Assembly (NCBI GenBank): GCA_963707385.1
Contig: CAVPPK010000006.1
Location: 262,676 to 326,675 of the forward strand
Length of the DNA: 64,000 nucleotides
Direction of reading: 5' to 3'
Origin: an uncultured bacterium
Lineage (GTDB): Bacteria > Actinomycetota > Actinomycetes > S36-B12
Positions within the stretch are counted from its first letter, which is position 1; every line of letters begins with the position of its first letter. Under the pieces are notes generated by a model. That model was given only the letters and a program-made list of their open reading frames with translations. It was not told the origin of the DNA and did not search any database. This document shows positions 8,227 to 19,339 of this stretch, piece after piece. The position numbers and the translations under genes are program-made.

Positions 8227-9937
8227 ATGAAGGTTGTCGTCGTCGGCGGAGTCGCCGGCGGAATGTCCGCTGCCGCACGGCTGAGGCGTCTCGACGAGGC
8301 GGCCGACATCGTCGTGCTCGAGCGCGACGACTTACGTGTCCTTCGCCAACTGCGGCCTGCCGTACCACATCAGCGGCGACATCGAGGATCGCGAGGCGCT
8401 GCTGCTGCAGACCCCCGAGAGCCTGCGGGAGTCGCTCGCCCTCGATGTGCGCACCGGTCACGAGGTGCTGTCGATCGACCGTGACGCCAAGACCGTCACC
8501 GTCCGAGAGCTGGCGACCGGTCGTGAGTCCGTCGAGTCCTACGACCACCTCGTCCTCGCCACCGGGGCGACGCCGCTCCGGCCGCCGGTGCCCGGCATCG
8601 ACCATCCGCGCATCCGCACGCTCCGGAACATCCCCGACATGGACGCGATCATCGAGCTGCTCGGTGAAGACGCGCGTTCGGCCGTCGTCGTGGGCGGCGG
8701 CTACATCGGCATCGAGATGGTGGAGGCCCTGCGGCACCGCGGACTGGAGGTCACCCTCGTCGAGGCGCTCGACCAGGTCATGACCGTCCTCGACCGCGAG
8801 ATGGCGCGTCAGCTGGAGGAGCACATGGCCGACAACGGCGTGCGCGTGCTCGTGTCGACGAAGGCGGTCGGGTTCGGCGATGCGGACGGTCGCGTCGTCG
8901 TCGACCTCGGCGATGAGCAGATCACCACCGACCTCGTCATCCTCGCCGTCGGCGTGCGCCCCGAGTCGTCGCTCGCGAAGGCTGCGGGGCTCGCGCTCTC
9001 CGAGCGCGGTGCCGTCATCGTGGACGAGCAGATGCGCACCTCCGACCCGAGCATCTTCGCCGTGGGCGACTCCGTGCAGGTCACCGACACCGTCACGGGC
9101 GAGGCCGTCGTGGTGCCGCTCGCCGGGCCTGCCAACCGGCAGGGCCGCATCGCCGCCGACGTGATCGCGGGGCGGGACTCCCGGTACTCCTCCACCCAGG
9201 GCACCGGCATCGTCAAGGTCTTCGACCTCACCGCCGGCATGACGGGCGCGACGGAGCGCACCCTCACGCGCCTCGGGCGGGAGTTCACGAAGGTCCACAT
9301 CCACCCCAGCGGCCATGCGACCTACTACCCCGGCACGCACGCCATGCATCTCAAGGTGCTCTTCGACCCGAGCGACGGACGGCTGCTCGGGGCGCAGGCG
9401 GTCGGCGTCGACGGCGTCGACAAGCGGATCGACGTGTTCGCCGTCGCGATCCGCGCAGGCATGACGATCGAGGATCTCGAGCACCTCGAGCTGGCCTACG
9501 CACCGCCGTACGGCTCCGCCAAGGACCCGGTGAACATGGCCGGCTTCATCGGCGGCAACGTCATGCGCGGCGACGTCGCGCTCTGGTACGCCGAGGAGTG
9601 CTCCGACCTGCCCCCCGATGCGGTGCTGCTCGACGTGCGCAGCGAACTGGAGCACGCCGAGTGGTCGATCCCCGGGTCGATCCTCATCCCGCACAAGGAG
9701 CTGCGTGCCCGGCTCGACGAGGTGCCGGCGGGCAGGCCCGTGTACGTGTACTGCCGGTCGGGCTTCCGTTCGTATCTCGCGCAGCGCATCCTCGTGCAGA
9801 ACGGCTGGTCCGACGCCCGCACGCTCTCCGGCGGCGAGCTCACCTACCGCGCCGTCTTCCCCGACGGCAGCTCCGGCTGCAAGCGCTACCCGGTCGTCAC
9901 CTACGCCGAGGACCTGCTGGCCGCCGCACGACGCTGA
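8227..9937 (+). CDS. CoA-disulfide/persulfide reductase with C-terminal rhodanese domain (CoADR-RHD/Npsr-like), frameshift near 8330
   Basis: VVGGVAGGMSAAARLRRL, SFANCGLPY redox Cys, GGGYIGIE, LAYAPPYGSAKD, rhodanese LLDVR...VYCRSGFRS. Confidence 0.92.
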
Positions 9938-10012
9938 TCGCCATCGCCCATTGACAGGCCTTTCCTGCGGCGGGATCCTCGAGTGCTGGGGGCGACCGAT
10001 GGAGGTATCCCC

Positions 10013-10261
10013 ATGCCGAAGTTCATGGATGTTCACAAGGGAATGAAGGGCATCACCCCGGACGCGCTCCGGGACGCGCACAACGCCGACCTCGCGATCC
10101 AGGGCGAGGAGGGCGTCGACTTCCAGCACGCCTGGGCGGATCCCGTGTCGGGCATGGTCTTCTGCGTCTCGGAGGCGCCGAATGCCGAGGCCGTGGCCCG
10201 CATCCACGAGCGCGCCGGCCATCCGGCCGACGAGATCTACCCGGTACCCGTCGAGGCCTGA
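10013..10261 (+). CDS. DUF4242 / SCO4226-like nickel-binding protein
   Basis: MPKFMDVH..AHNADLAIQ..FCVSEAP..IHERAGHPADEIYPV; SD GGAGG. Confidence 0.85.
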   Translation: MPKFMDVHKGMKGITPDALRDAHNADLAIQGEEGVDFQHAWADPVSGMVFCVSEAPNAEAVARIHERAGHPADEIYPVPVEA

Positions 10262-10278
10262 ACCACGACGACGGGACG

Positions 10279-11517
10279 TCAGGCTGCCACGAGCTCCGGC
10301 AGCGGTACGTCGCCGTCGGCAAGGAGGCCGGGCGCGATCGGCTGCTGACTTCGGACAAGTTCGCCGATCGCGTCGGACACTCCCCAGGTGTTCATGTTCA
10401 GGCCGGCCACGACCACTCCGTCGTGCAGCCAGAAGGCGACGAACTCGCGTGCGGCCAGGTCGCCGCGCACGATGACCTCGTGGTCGCGTCCGGGTGCGGC
10501 GTATCCGGTGTACTCCATGCCCATGTCGTACTGGTCGCTGAAGAAGAACGGCAGCCGGTCGTAGACGGCCCACTCGCCGAGCATGCCGCGGGCCGCCACG
10601 GCCGGCTGGTGCTCGGCGTTGTACCAGTGCTCCACGCGCAGCCGCTGGCCGTAGAACGGATGGAACGCCGAGGCGACGTCGCCCGCGGCGAACACGTGCG
10701 GGCTGCTCGTGCGCAGGTGCTGGTCGGTGACCACGCCGTCCGCCACGTCGAGTCCCGCCTGCCGCGCCAGTGCGTCCGAGGGACGGATCCCGACCCCGAC
10801 GATGACCAGGTCCGCGTCGATGACCTCGCCCGACGACAGGCGCACCCGGTTCACGGAGCCCGCCCGCCCGAGGAAGGCACCGACCTGCGTTCCGAGCCGG
10901 AACTGCACGCCCTTCTCCCGGTGAAGGTCGATGAACACCTGGGCGACCTTGGCGCCGAGGATCCGTCCGAGGGGCAGGTCATCGGCCTCGACGACCACGA
11001 CCTCGAGCCCACGGAGTCGGGCCGCCGCGGCGGTCTCGAGCCCGATCCACCCACCGCCCACGATCACGACGCTCGTGGCGGACTCGAATCCGCGGATGAG
11101 CTCGTCCGCATGCTCGAGCCGTCGCAGGTAGTGGATGCCCGCCAGCTCCGCACCGGGCACCTCCAGCCGGCGAGGGGAGGAGCCAGTCGCGAGCAGGAGC
11201 CGGTCGAAGTTCAGCGACGTCCCGTCGTCCAGGAAGCACTCGTGGCCGTGCCGGTCGAGCGCGATCGCGGAGCTGGAGGTGCGCAGCTCGATCTGCTGCT
11301 CGCCGTACCACTCCTCCGGGTGGGTGAACACCGATTCGCGTTCCGCCGAGCCGAGGAGGTAGCCCTTCGACAGCGCGGGCCGTTCGTACGGCAGATGGGG
11401 TTCGGCGCCGATCAGCGTGATGCGCCCGTCGAAGCCGGCCTTGCGCAGCTCGTCCGCGGCGTTCGCACCGGCCTGACCGGCCCCCACGATGACGAAGTGA
11501 TGACGACGTTCACTCAT
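10279..11517 (-). CDS. NAD(P)H-dependent ferredoxin reductase (FAD pyridine nucleotide-disulfide oxidoreductase)
   Basis: IVGAGQAG, PYERPALSK, GGGWIGLE, FAAGDVA, RVEHW, PFFFSDQYD. Confidence 0.9.
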   Translation of the reverse strand: MSERRHHFVIVGAGQAGANAADELRKAGFDGRITLIGAEPHLPYERPALSKGYLLGSAERESVFTHPEEWYGEQQIELRTSSSAIALDRHGHECFLDDGTSLNFDRLLLATGSSPRRLEVPGAELAGIHYLRRLEHADELIRGFESATSVVIVGGGWIGLETAAAARLRGLEVVVVEADDLPLGRILGAKVAQVFIDLHREKGVQFRLGTQVGAFLGRAGSVNRVRLSSGEVIDADLVIVGVGIRPSDALARQAGLDVADGVVTDQHLRTSSPHVFAAGDVASAFHPFYGQRLRVEHWYNAEHQPAVAARGMLGEWAVYDRLPFFFSDQYDMGMEYTGYAAPGRDHEVIVRGDLAAREFVAFWLHDGVVVAGLNMNTWGVSDAIGELVRSQQPIAPGLLADGDVPLPELVAA

Positions 11518-11647
11518 GGCCCGCCTCCGTCCGAAGGACTTCGTCTTCAGGGTAGGTCGGCGCACGGACCCCTGTGAACCCGCTACCGCGCGGTAGGTAC
11601 GGCCAGCTCCCGTGTGAGAGATTCGGGGCCATGAGGGAGCTGAGCCG

Positions 11648-13080
11648 ATGACTGCCGACGCTGCCGCGATCGCCGACGAGGTGTTCGCCGGCACCCCCGA
11701 GCTGGCGTCCGTCCCCGGCATCGCGTTCGGCGTCGTCCACGACGGAGTGCTCGTCCATGCGGGCGGCTACGGCGCGGCGACGGTCGGTGGCCCGCCCCCG
11801 GGTGCCGACACCGTGTTCCGCATCGCGTCGATGACGAAGTCGTTCACCGCAGCGGCCGTGCTCCTGCTGCGCGACGAGGGCCGGCTCAGGCTCGACGACC
11901 CGGTGGCCGACCACGTACCCGCCGCGCGTGCCCTCGCTCGCGCGACGCATGCCGGCCGTCACTGTCCGCGACCTGCTCACCATGGGCGGCGGCCTCGCCG
12001 ACGGACGATCCGTGGGGGGATCGGCAGGAGTCGCTGCCGCTCGACGAGTTCGACGACCTGGTGGCCGCGCGGCCTCTCCCCGTGCTGGCCGCCGCGCACG
12101 ATGTTCGAGTACTCCAACACCGGCTACGCGCTGCTGGGGCGTGTCATCCTCGGCTGCTGCGGGCACGCCGTTCACGCAGGTCGTGCGGGAGCGGCTCTGT
12201 GCGCCGCTGGGCATGCCGTCGACCGGATTCGACGCCGCACGAGATGGACCCGGACCGGCTGGCCACCGGCTATCGCGTGACGGCGGACGGGACTCACGTG
12301 CCCGAGCCGCTGGTCGCGCCGGGCGCCTACTCCGCCATGGGCGGCCTGCTCTCGACAGTCGAGGACCTGGCCCGCTGGGTCGCCGGAATGACCGCGGCCT
12401 GGCGCGACGACGCCCCGGCCCACCCCGTCGACCGGTGGTCGCTGCGGGAGATGCAGGAGCTCGCGCGCTTCGTCGCGACCGACACGACGACGGGCACGGG
12501 GGCCGGCACGGTGACGGTCGGCTACGGGTACGGCCTGCATGTCGATGCATCACCAGGTGCTCGGCAGGATCGTCGCCCACTCCGGCGGCTACCCCGGCTT
12601 CGGCTCCCACATGCGCTGGCATCCGGCGTCCGGCTGGGGTGTCGTCGCGCTCGGCAACTCGAGCTACGCACCGATGCACGTGCCCGTGGCGGAGGTGCTC
12701 GCCCGCCTCGTCATCGAGACCGGCGCGGCGCATGGATCGCAGCCGGCCATGGCCGTCGTCCCGTGGCCCGAGACGGTTGCGGCGATGGAGATCGCCGAGC
12801 GGCTGCTCGACGGTGACGACAGCCGCGTCACGGACGACGTCGTGGTCGCCCAACATGGACCTCGACCTGCCGCGTCCGGAGCGGGTCGCTGCGCTGCGCA
12901 TCGTGCGTCGAGGCGATCGGCCCGTTCACGCGGGATGCCGCGAGCGTGCGCCACCCCTCGCCGGCCCGGGCGGCCTGGACGGTGACGGGTGAGAGCGGCA
13001 CCGCTCAGCTCGAGGTCTGGATGACGCCGGAGCGCCGGCCGCGGATCCAGAAGCTGACCGCTCAGCTGCCCGGACGCCGA
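11648..13080 (+). CDS. Serine hydrolase, beta-lactamase/PBP-like family; several frameshifts
   Basis: FRIASMTKSF (SxxK), TVRDLLTMGGG, FEYSNTGYALLG, HSGGYPGF spread over 4-5 ORFs; end approximate. Confidence 0.8.
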
Positions 13081-13083
13081 CCG

Positions 13084-13514
13084 TCACTCGTTGATGGCCT
13101 CGACGCCCTGCCGCTTCGAGCTCCTCGAGGTGATCGAGCATCCCCTGCAGCACCTCGGGGGGATGGCCGACCCAGCCGACGACCTCGCCGAGGACGCGCA
13201 GCGGCTCGCGCGTGCGGTACGACCGGGTCACGTTGCCGGGGAACTTCTTGTCGGTCAGGTTCGGGTCGTCCTCGAAGGGCCCGGTGGGCTCGACGAGGTA
13301 GATGCGGCCAGGGGCGTCGCCCTGCGCCAGCTCGGCTCCCCACACCGCGGCGTCGAGCACGGCCGTCATGTAGACGAAGGTCGGCCTGCTTGCCCTCGCC
13401 GAAGTTGGAGCTCCGGCCCGGCTCCAGCAGGTCGCCGGCGCTGCGGTCGACCTTCGTGCCGTGGAAGAAGGGACCGGGGTCGGCGGACCCGAACCGCGTC
13501 GGATCGATGGCCAT
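13084..13514 (-). CDS. arr: Rifampin ADP-ribosyltransferase, frameshifts near 13380 and 13115
   Basis: FFHGTK..GDLL.PG..SNF, then AVWGAELA..GRIYLVEPTGPFEDDPNLTDKKFPGNVTRSYR, the Arr signature. Confidence 0.92.
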
Positions 13515-13593
13515 GACGTCTCCTTGCATATCCGAGCGCTCTCCGGCAGCCTCGCGGTGTGATGTCACGCAACCCCTCGGCCCAGGAGCTCGC

Positions 13594-13980
13594 ATGAGGA
13601 TAAACCTGACCAGCGTCCTCGTCGACGATCAGGCGAAGGCCGAGCGCTTCTACACCGACGTGCTCGGCTTCGTCGTCAAGGACGACGTTCCCCTGGGCGA
13701 GTACCGATGGCTGACGGTGGTCTCGCCGGACGATCCCGACGGCCCCGAGCTGCTGCTCGAGCCCGACGCCCACCCGGCCGCCAAGCCCTACAAGGCGGCG
13801 CTGGTCGCGGACGGCATCCCCTGCACGTCGTTCGCCGTCGACGACGTCGTCGCGGAGGCGGCGCGGCTCACGGCGCTCGGCGTGCGCTTCACGATGGAGC
13901 CCGTCGAGATGGGCACCGTCACCATCGCCGTGCTCGACGACACCTGCGGCAACCTCATCCAGATCGCCCAGCGTCACTAG
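13594..13980 (+). CDS. VOC (glyoxalase/bleomycin resistance) family protein
   Basis: MRINLTSVLVDDQAKAERFYTDVLGF...DDTCGNLIQI. Confidence 0.9.
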   Translation: MRINLTSVLVDDQAKAERFYTDVLGFVVKDDVPLGEYRWLTVVSPDDPDGPELLLEPDAHPAAKPYKAALVADGIPCTSFAVDDVVAEAARLTALGVRFTMEPVEMGTVTIAVLDDTCGNLIQIAQRH

Positions 13981-14547
13981 CTCTCTGCGGCCGCCTTGGC
14001 GTTCTCCGCGATGCGCGGCCGCAACCATGTCGCGGATGCAGCGTCACGTCGGGCTTCCAGTCGACCGGCACCTGGATCGTCTTCTTGTTGACCTTGTAGT
14101 CGGCCAGGCGCGGACGGAACTCCTCGAGGACGCCGCCCCAGGGGGCGATCAGGATGTGGTTCGTCAGGACCGAGACCCCGAACACGTACTGGCCGTCGAT
14201 CTTGACCATCGGCTGGTTCCAGGCGATGACGATCTCCGGCCTTCCGGTACTTCGAGGTGATGGCCTTCAGGATCGCCCGCACGGTCGCGCCCTTGGTCTC
14301 GTCGAACTGCTCGAGGTAGTCGTCGAGGGTGTCGTGGCGTCGGCGCATTCGTCGAGCCGCGTGAGTACATCACCAGCGCGTTCGCGTGGGCCTGGCTGAA
14401 GCCGTGGTTCTCCTTCAGGAAGGCGATCTGCTCGGGGTACGTGCGGTCGGAGATCTGCTCCATCTGGTCGAACCAGTAGGACATCGGCTGCCCGTACTTC
14501 TTCTCGATGGCCGGGAAGTAGGACGCACGATCGGGGTTGGTGGCCAT
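13977..14547 (-). CDS. DUF4287 + DUF1801-like domain protein, frameshifted
   Basis: SYFPAIEKKYG..FLKENHGFSQAHANALV, then IAWNQPM..YVFGVS..KKTIQVPVDW across three ORFs. Confidence 0.72.
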
Positions 14548-14601
14548 GGCGTCATCGTAGGTCCGCTTCGCCCGGGAGGCCCTGCACGGCTGGGGCGCCG
14601 A

Positions 14602-15810
14602 TCACCGACCGCGCAACGCGTCACCGAGTCGGACCCGCCCGCCGGAGTGCAGCACGGCGTTGGAGTAGATGCGCCCGGCCAGCCACACCAGCAGGGGGAT
14701 CACGACGAGTGAGAGGCCGACGGCGATGGCGATCTCCCACCCCTCCACCGCACCGAGCGCAATGCGAACCGGCATCACCATCGGGGAGCAGAAGGGGATG
14801 AAGGACAGCCAGACCACGACGGGGCTGTCGGGGGCCCACGGCGCGATGCTGATGGCGACGATGTACGGCACGATCATCAGGGCAATGACGGGGCCGGTCA
14901 CCGAGCCCACGTCCTCCTGGCGTGACACCAGGGCGCCGAGTGCGGCGAGCACCAGGGCATACGAGGTGAAGCCGATGACGAACCAGATCATCGCCCACAG
15001 GGCCGTGCCGCCCAGGTTGAGGCTCGAGTCGTCGAGCAGGCCCAGCGCGTAGGCCGTCCCGACTCCGGCCCCCACCACCAAGGCGACCTGCACCACGCCC
15101 ACAGTCCCGATGCCGAGCACCTTTCCGGCCATCAACTGCCATGGGCGGACGGTCGCCAGCAGCAGTTCGACCACGCGGCTCGACTTCTCCTCGACCACTC
15201 CCGTGGCCACGAGCTGGCCGGAGCTCATCAGCGCGATGAACAGGAGGATGCCGGCGACGTATCCGGCGGCGATCTGGCCGCCGTCGACCTCGGGCTCCGG
15301 TTCGAGCGAGGTGATCTCGGCGCTGGCCTGGGCGACGGCATCGGATACCTCGGCGGGGTCGCCGCCGAGGGCCTCGACGGCGTCGACCAGGGCGAACTGC
15401 TGGGCCAGCGTGCCGAGCAGCGAAGTCAGCGTCGAGTCGAGCGACTGCTGGACGACGACCTGGATCCGGGGCGACACCGCCGTGATGAGGGCATCGATCT
15501 CCTCGGACGTGAGCAGGGCCTCGCCGGCTGCCCGGTCGGTCACCTCCGTGGTCTCGACAGCAGCACCGAGCGCGTCGGCACTGGCTTGCAGCGGTGCCGT
15601 GACCGCGGCGGCCTCGGGAGTGACGCCGACCTTCGTGGCATCCTGACTGGACGTGATCAGGTTCAGCAGGACCCCGCCGATCACCACCGCGGCGACGAAG
15701 GCGGCGGTCGTCCACCGGAAGGCCTTCGAGGCGAACCGGACTCGGATCTCGCGACCGGCGATCAGCCGGATCGCGCTCGGCGCGCTGAGTGCCCGGATAG
15801 GCGTGCTCAC
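14602..15810 (-). CDS. ABC-2 type transporter permease
   Basis: GVVEEKSSRVVELLLA..AGKVLG, GALVSRQED, IYSNAVL; GTG overlaps the ATPase stop. Confidence 0.9.
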   Translation of the reverse strand: MSTPIRALSAPSAIRLIAGREIRVRFASKAFRWTTAAFVAAVVIGGVLLNLITSSQDATKVGVTPEAAAVTAPLQASADALGAAVETTEVTDRAAGEALLTSEEIDALITAVSPRIQVVVQQSLDSTLTSLLGTLAQQFALVDAVEALGGDPAEVSDAVAQASAEITSLEPEPEVDGGQIAAGYVAGILLFIALMSSGQLVATGVVEEKSSRVVELLLATVRPWQLMAGKVLGIGTVGVVQVALVVGAGVGTAYALGLLDDSSLNLGGTALWAMIWFVIGFTSYALVLAALGALVSRQEDVGSVTGPVIALMIVPYIVAISIAPWAPDSPVVVWLSFIPFCSPMVMPVRIALGAVEGWEIAIAVGLSLVVIPLLVWLAGRIYSNAVLHSGGRVRLGDALRGR

Positions 15811-16727
15811 GAGGCTTCCTCCTCGGCCTGCACGGCGACGACATCGCGGTAGAGGTCGACCAGGGACGGGCGCTGGCGGGTGAACTCGCGAACCGGTCCT
15901 GCACCCAGCGCCTGGGCAAGCAGCGTCTGGTCTGCGTCTGCGGTGGGCACGGAAGACAGGTCGACCACGGTCCGCGTTCCGTCCGTCTCCACCACCCGGG
16001 CGCCGGGCACCGAGGCCAGCCACGCGTCTGGCGGCGTTGCGTCGATCAGCCACCGTCGCTCGTTCGTGTCCCGCAGGGCGTCGATGTCGCCTACGGCGAC
16101 CATCTCGCCCGCCTGGATGATCCCGACCCGATCGCACAGCCGTTCGACGAGGTCGAGCTGATGGGAGGAGAACATGACAGGCACGCCGGCCGCGGCCTGC
16201 TCGCGCAGGACGCCGCTCATGACGTCGACGGCCACGGGGTCGAGCCCCGAGAACGGCTCGTCGAGGACGAGGATCACCGGTTCGTGGACCAGCGCCGCAG
16301 CCAGTTGCACGCGCTGCTGGTTGCCGAGCGACAGCTTCAGGATCTCGTCCCCACGACGACCGTCGATGCCAAGCACCTCGGTCCAGTGCTCCATGGAGCG
16401 CCGCGCCGCCACGGCGTCCATGCCGTGCAGGCGGGCGAGGTACGTGAGCTGATCGCTGACCTTCATCCGTGGGTACAGGCCGCGCTCCTCCGGCATGTAG
16501 CCGATGCACCTACGGGTGCGATAGTCGATCGGGCTGCCGTCCCACAGGACGTCGCCGGAATCGGAGGCCAGCACCCCGAGGACGATCCGCATGGCCGTCG
16601 ACTTCCCGGCACCGTTCGAGCCGACGAAGCCGAAGATCTCGCCGGCGGCGACGTCGAAGGACAGGTCGTGCAGGGCACGCACGGTGCCGAAGCTCTTGTC
16701 GAGGTGGTCGAGTGTCAGAGAAGGCAC
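15807..16727 (-). CDS. ABC transporter ATP-binding protein
   Basis: GSNGAGKST, LSLGNQQR, LVLDEPFSGLD. Confidence 0.93.
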   Translation of the reverse strand: MPSLTLDHLDKSFGTVRALHDLSFDVAAGEIFGFVGSNGAGKSTAMRIVLGVLASDSGDVLWDGSPIDYRTRRCIGYMPEERGLYPRMKVSDQLTYLARLHGMDAVAARRSMEHWTEVLGIDGRRGDEILKLSLGNQQRVQLAAALVHEPVILVLDEPFSGLDPVAVDVMSGVLREQAAAGVPVMFSSHQLDLVERLCDRVGIIQAGEMVAVGDIDALRDTNERRWLIDATPPDAWLASVPGARVVETDGTRTVVDLSSVPTADADQTLLAQALGAGPVREFTRQRPSLVDLYRDVVAVQAEEEAS

Positions 16728-16757
16728 GCATCAGTCAATCACGACGTCGACGGCTGT

Positions 16758-18358
16758 TCAGCGGGCGAGGTCGCGCCGCCGGAAGCCGGCGAAGCCGATG
16801 GCGAGGAACAGCCAGCGGTGAACAGGCTGATCCACAGCAGCCCGGAGAGGTCGGGGCTGCCGCTCGTCGTGGTCGGCACGTGCCAGAACGGGCTGATGGC
16901 CAGGACCCAGTCGGACAGCCCGAACGTCGGCCCGAGCAGGGTGAGCCCGAAGGAGGCGACCACGCCGATCCACGCGGCGAGCCGCGCATGCGGCTTGGCA
17001 CCCACGACGGCGACGGAGACTGGCCGTGATGGTCCACACCGCGGGGATGACGGCGAGGGTCTGGACGACAGACCTGCGCCGAAGGAGAGGCCGAGGTCGG
17101 CGCCGGAGACGAGCACGGCGATGACGGTGCCGGCGATCAGCAGGTAGACGGCCGACTCGAGCAGGGCGAGCACGACGTTGCTGGCGTAGTAGCGCGGTCG
17201 GGCCACGGCGGCGGCGAGGAGCGGCTCGACGCGGTCGTCCATCTCCTCGGTCCGCACCTTGAGCATGGTCTGGACGCCCGGCACCGCGGCGATGATCCCG
17301 AGCAGGCTGAGGATGGTCACGAGGAACGCGCCCAGCAGCGCGTCGGGCGTGGTCGCGCCGGCCGCGAGGATCTGCTTGACGGCGCTGTTGGCGGCGAGGA
17401 TGTCCTTGATCGACGTGGCGAACCGTCCGAACACGAAGCCCAGGGCCACGAATGCGACGGCCCAGGCGATCATCGGTCCGCCGGTTGATGCGCAGGGCCA
17501 GCCGCCAGGTGCTGCGCACCGAGCCGCGCGCCGGGCCGGGCCGGGGGGCCACGGCGCCCTGCCCGAAGTCGCGTCGGGCCTGCAGGACGAAGGCGAGGAC
17601 GAGCAGGAGCGGCGGTGAGGGCGACCGCCAGCAGCAGCGGCCACCAGTGGTCGCCCGTCGCGGGCTTCGTCTCGGTCAGCCAGCCGAGCGGGTTGATCCA
17701 GATCGTCCACGCCGGTGCCTCGATCGAGTAGGCGAAGCCGCGCAGGATGAAGAGCGCGCCGAGGGTGCCGACGGCCATCGAGTTGGCGGCGCGGGCATCC
17801 GACCCGAGCTGGGCGGTGACGGCCGCGACCGCCGGTGAACATCCATCCGGTCGCGGTGAACGTCGCGCCGATCAGCACGGAGGCGGACGGGCTCACCGCC
17901 GAGGAGGATCGTCACGATGCTGACGATCAGGCCCAGCATGAGCGACCCGATCAGCCCCATGGCGGTGCCGGTCATGAGCCGGCTCTCGCGGCCGAGGACT
18001 CCGGAGGCGAGCAGCTCGGCCTGCCCGGAGTCCTCCTGCGCGCGGGTGGCGCGGGTGACGGCGAAGATCGCGCCGAGGGCGGCGAGGAAGCCGCCGAGCG
18101 CGAGGCTGCGCCAGGAGTTGAATCCGTCGACGGTGGCGAGGTCGCGCGCCGGTCCGAAGATCAGGCCGAGGGCGGGGTTGGAGCCGATCGCGGCGGCGAG
18201 GCCCGCGCGGTCGGCCTCGGTGGGGAACACCCACGGGTAGACCAGGACCGACGACGACGACAGCACGGTCGCCAGCACGATCCACGGCGCGTAGAGGCGG
18301 CCGTCGAACCGGACGTGGTCCGCAGCAGCGGGGCGGTGCCGGTCAGGGCGAGGGTCAT
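16758..18358 (-). CDS. ABC-2 type exporter permease (actinobacterial multi-TM type), multiple frameshifts
   Basis: [52 protein letters not shown] spread over several ORFs. Confidence 0.8.
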
Positions 18359-19269
18359 CGGTGCGCCTCGCCGCCCGCATCCCCGTTGTAGAGGCGCAGG
18401 AACAGGCTCTCCAGCGACGGCGGCTCGACGGTCAGCGACGTGATGCCGTACCCGGTCAGCACGCTGCATCGCCTCGCCGATCGCGGTGGAGTCGACGGTG
18501 GCGGTCAGCCGGTCGCCGTCGATGCGGACGTCGCCCAGGACCGCGAGCCTCGCCCGGGTCGGGCGTCCGCTCGAGCGTGGCGTGGATCGTCGTGCGCGTC
18601 CGTGCCGCGCAGGTCGGCGATCGTCCCGGACTCCACGACGACGCCGTCGCGGATGATGCTCACCCGGTCGGCGAGGGACTCGACCTCGGTCAGGATGTGG
18701 CTGGACAGCAGCACCGTCGTGCCCGCGCTGCTTCGCCTCCCAGATGACCTCCTGGAAGACGTTCTCCATCAACGGGTCCAGGCCGCTCGTCGGCTCGTCG
18801 AGGACGAGCAGCTCCACGTCCGACGCGAGGGCCGCGACGATCGCGACCTTCTGCTTGTTGCCCTTGGAGTACTGGCGGCCGCGCTTGGACGGGTCCAGCT
18901 CGAAGCGCTCGACGAGATCCGCGCGCCGGCCCTCGTCGAGCCCGCCGCGCAGCGTGCCGAGCAGGTCGATCGCCTCGCCGCCCGTCATGCCCGGCCACAG
19001 CGACACGTCACCGGGCACGTAGGCCAGCCGTCGATGCAGGGAGCACGACGTCGCGCCAGGGATCCCCGCCGAGCAGCCGCACGGTTCCGCCGTCGGCCTT
19101 CAGCAGGCCCAGCAGCACGCGGATCGTCGTGGACTTGCCGGCGCCGTTCGGGCCGAGGAAGCCGTGCACCTCGACCACGCTCGACGTGCAGGTCGAGGCC
19201 GTTCAGCGCCGGGAACCGCCCGAAGGACTTCGTCAGCCCCTCGACCTCGATGACCCGATCGACCGTCAT
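18355..19269 (-). CDS. ABC transporter ATP-binding protein, multiple frameshifts
   Basis: [11 protein letters not shown] (manual), [30 protein letters not shown]. Confidence 0.85.
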
Positions 19270-19339
19270 GTGCCGCCTCCTCAGGCCGTCCACCAACGGT
19301 AGCCCTCAGCGGTGGCGTCAGGCGCCCCGTGCGAGCGCG

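Noticed and set aside
8162..10573. 803-aa minus-strand ORF and other long antisense ORFs (6500..7954, 18440..20545, 36333..38099)
   Set aside because: Shadow ORFs opposite well-supported genes, expected at this GC content; no motifs.
11583..11596. Perfect palindrome CTACCGCGCGGTAG in a divergent intergenic region; possible riboswitch
   Set aside because: Single GC-rich copy, no adjacent regulator, no riboswitch consensus recognised.
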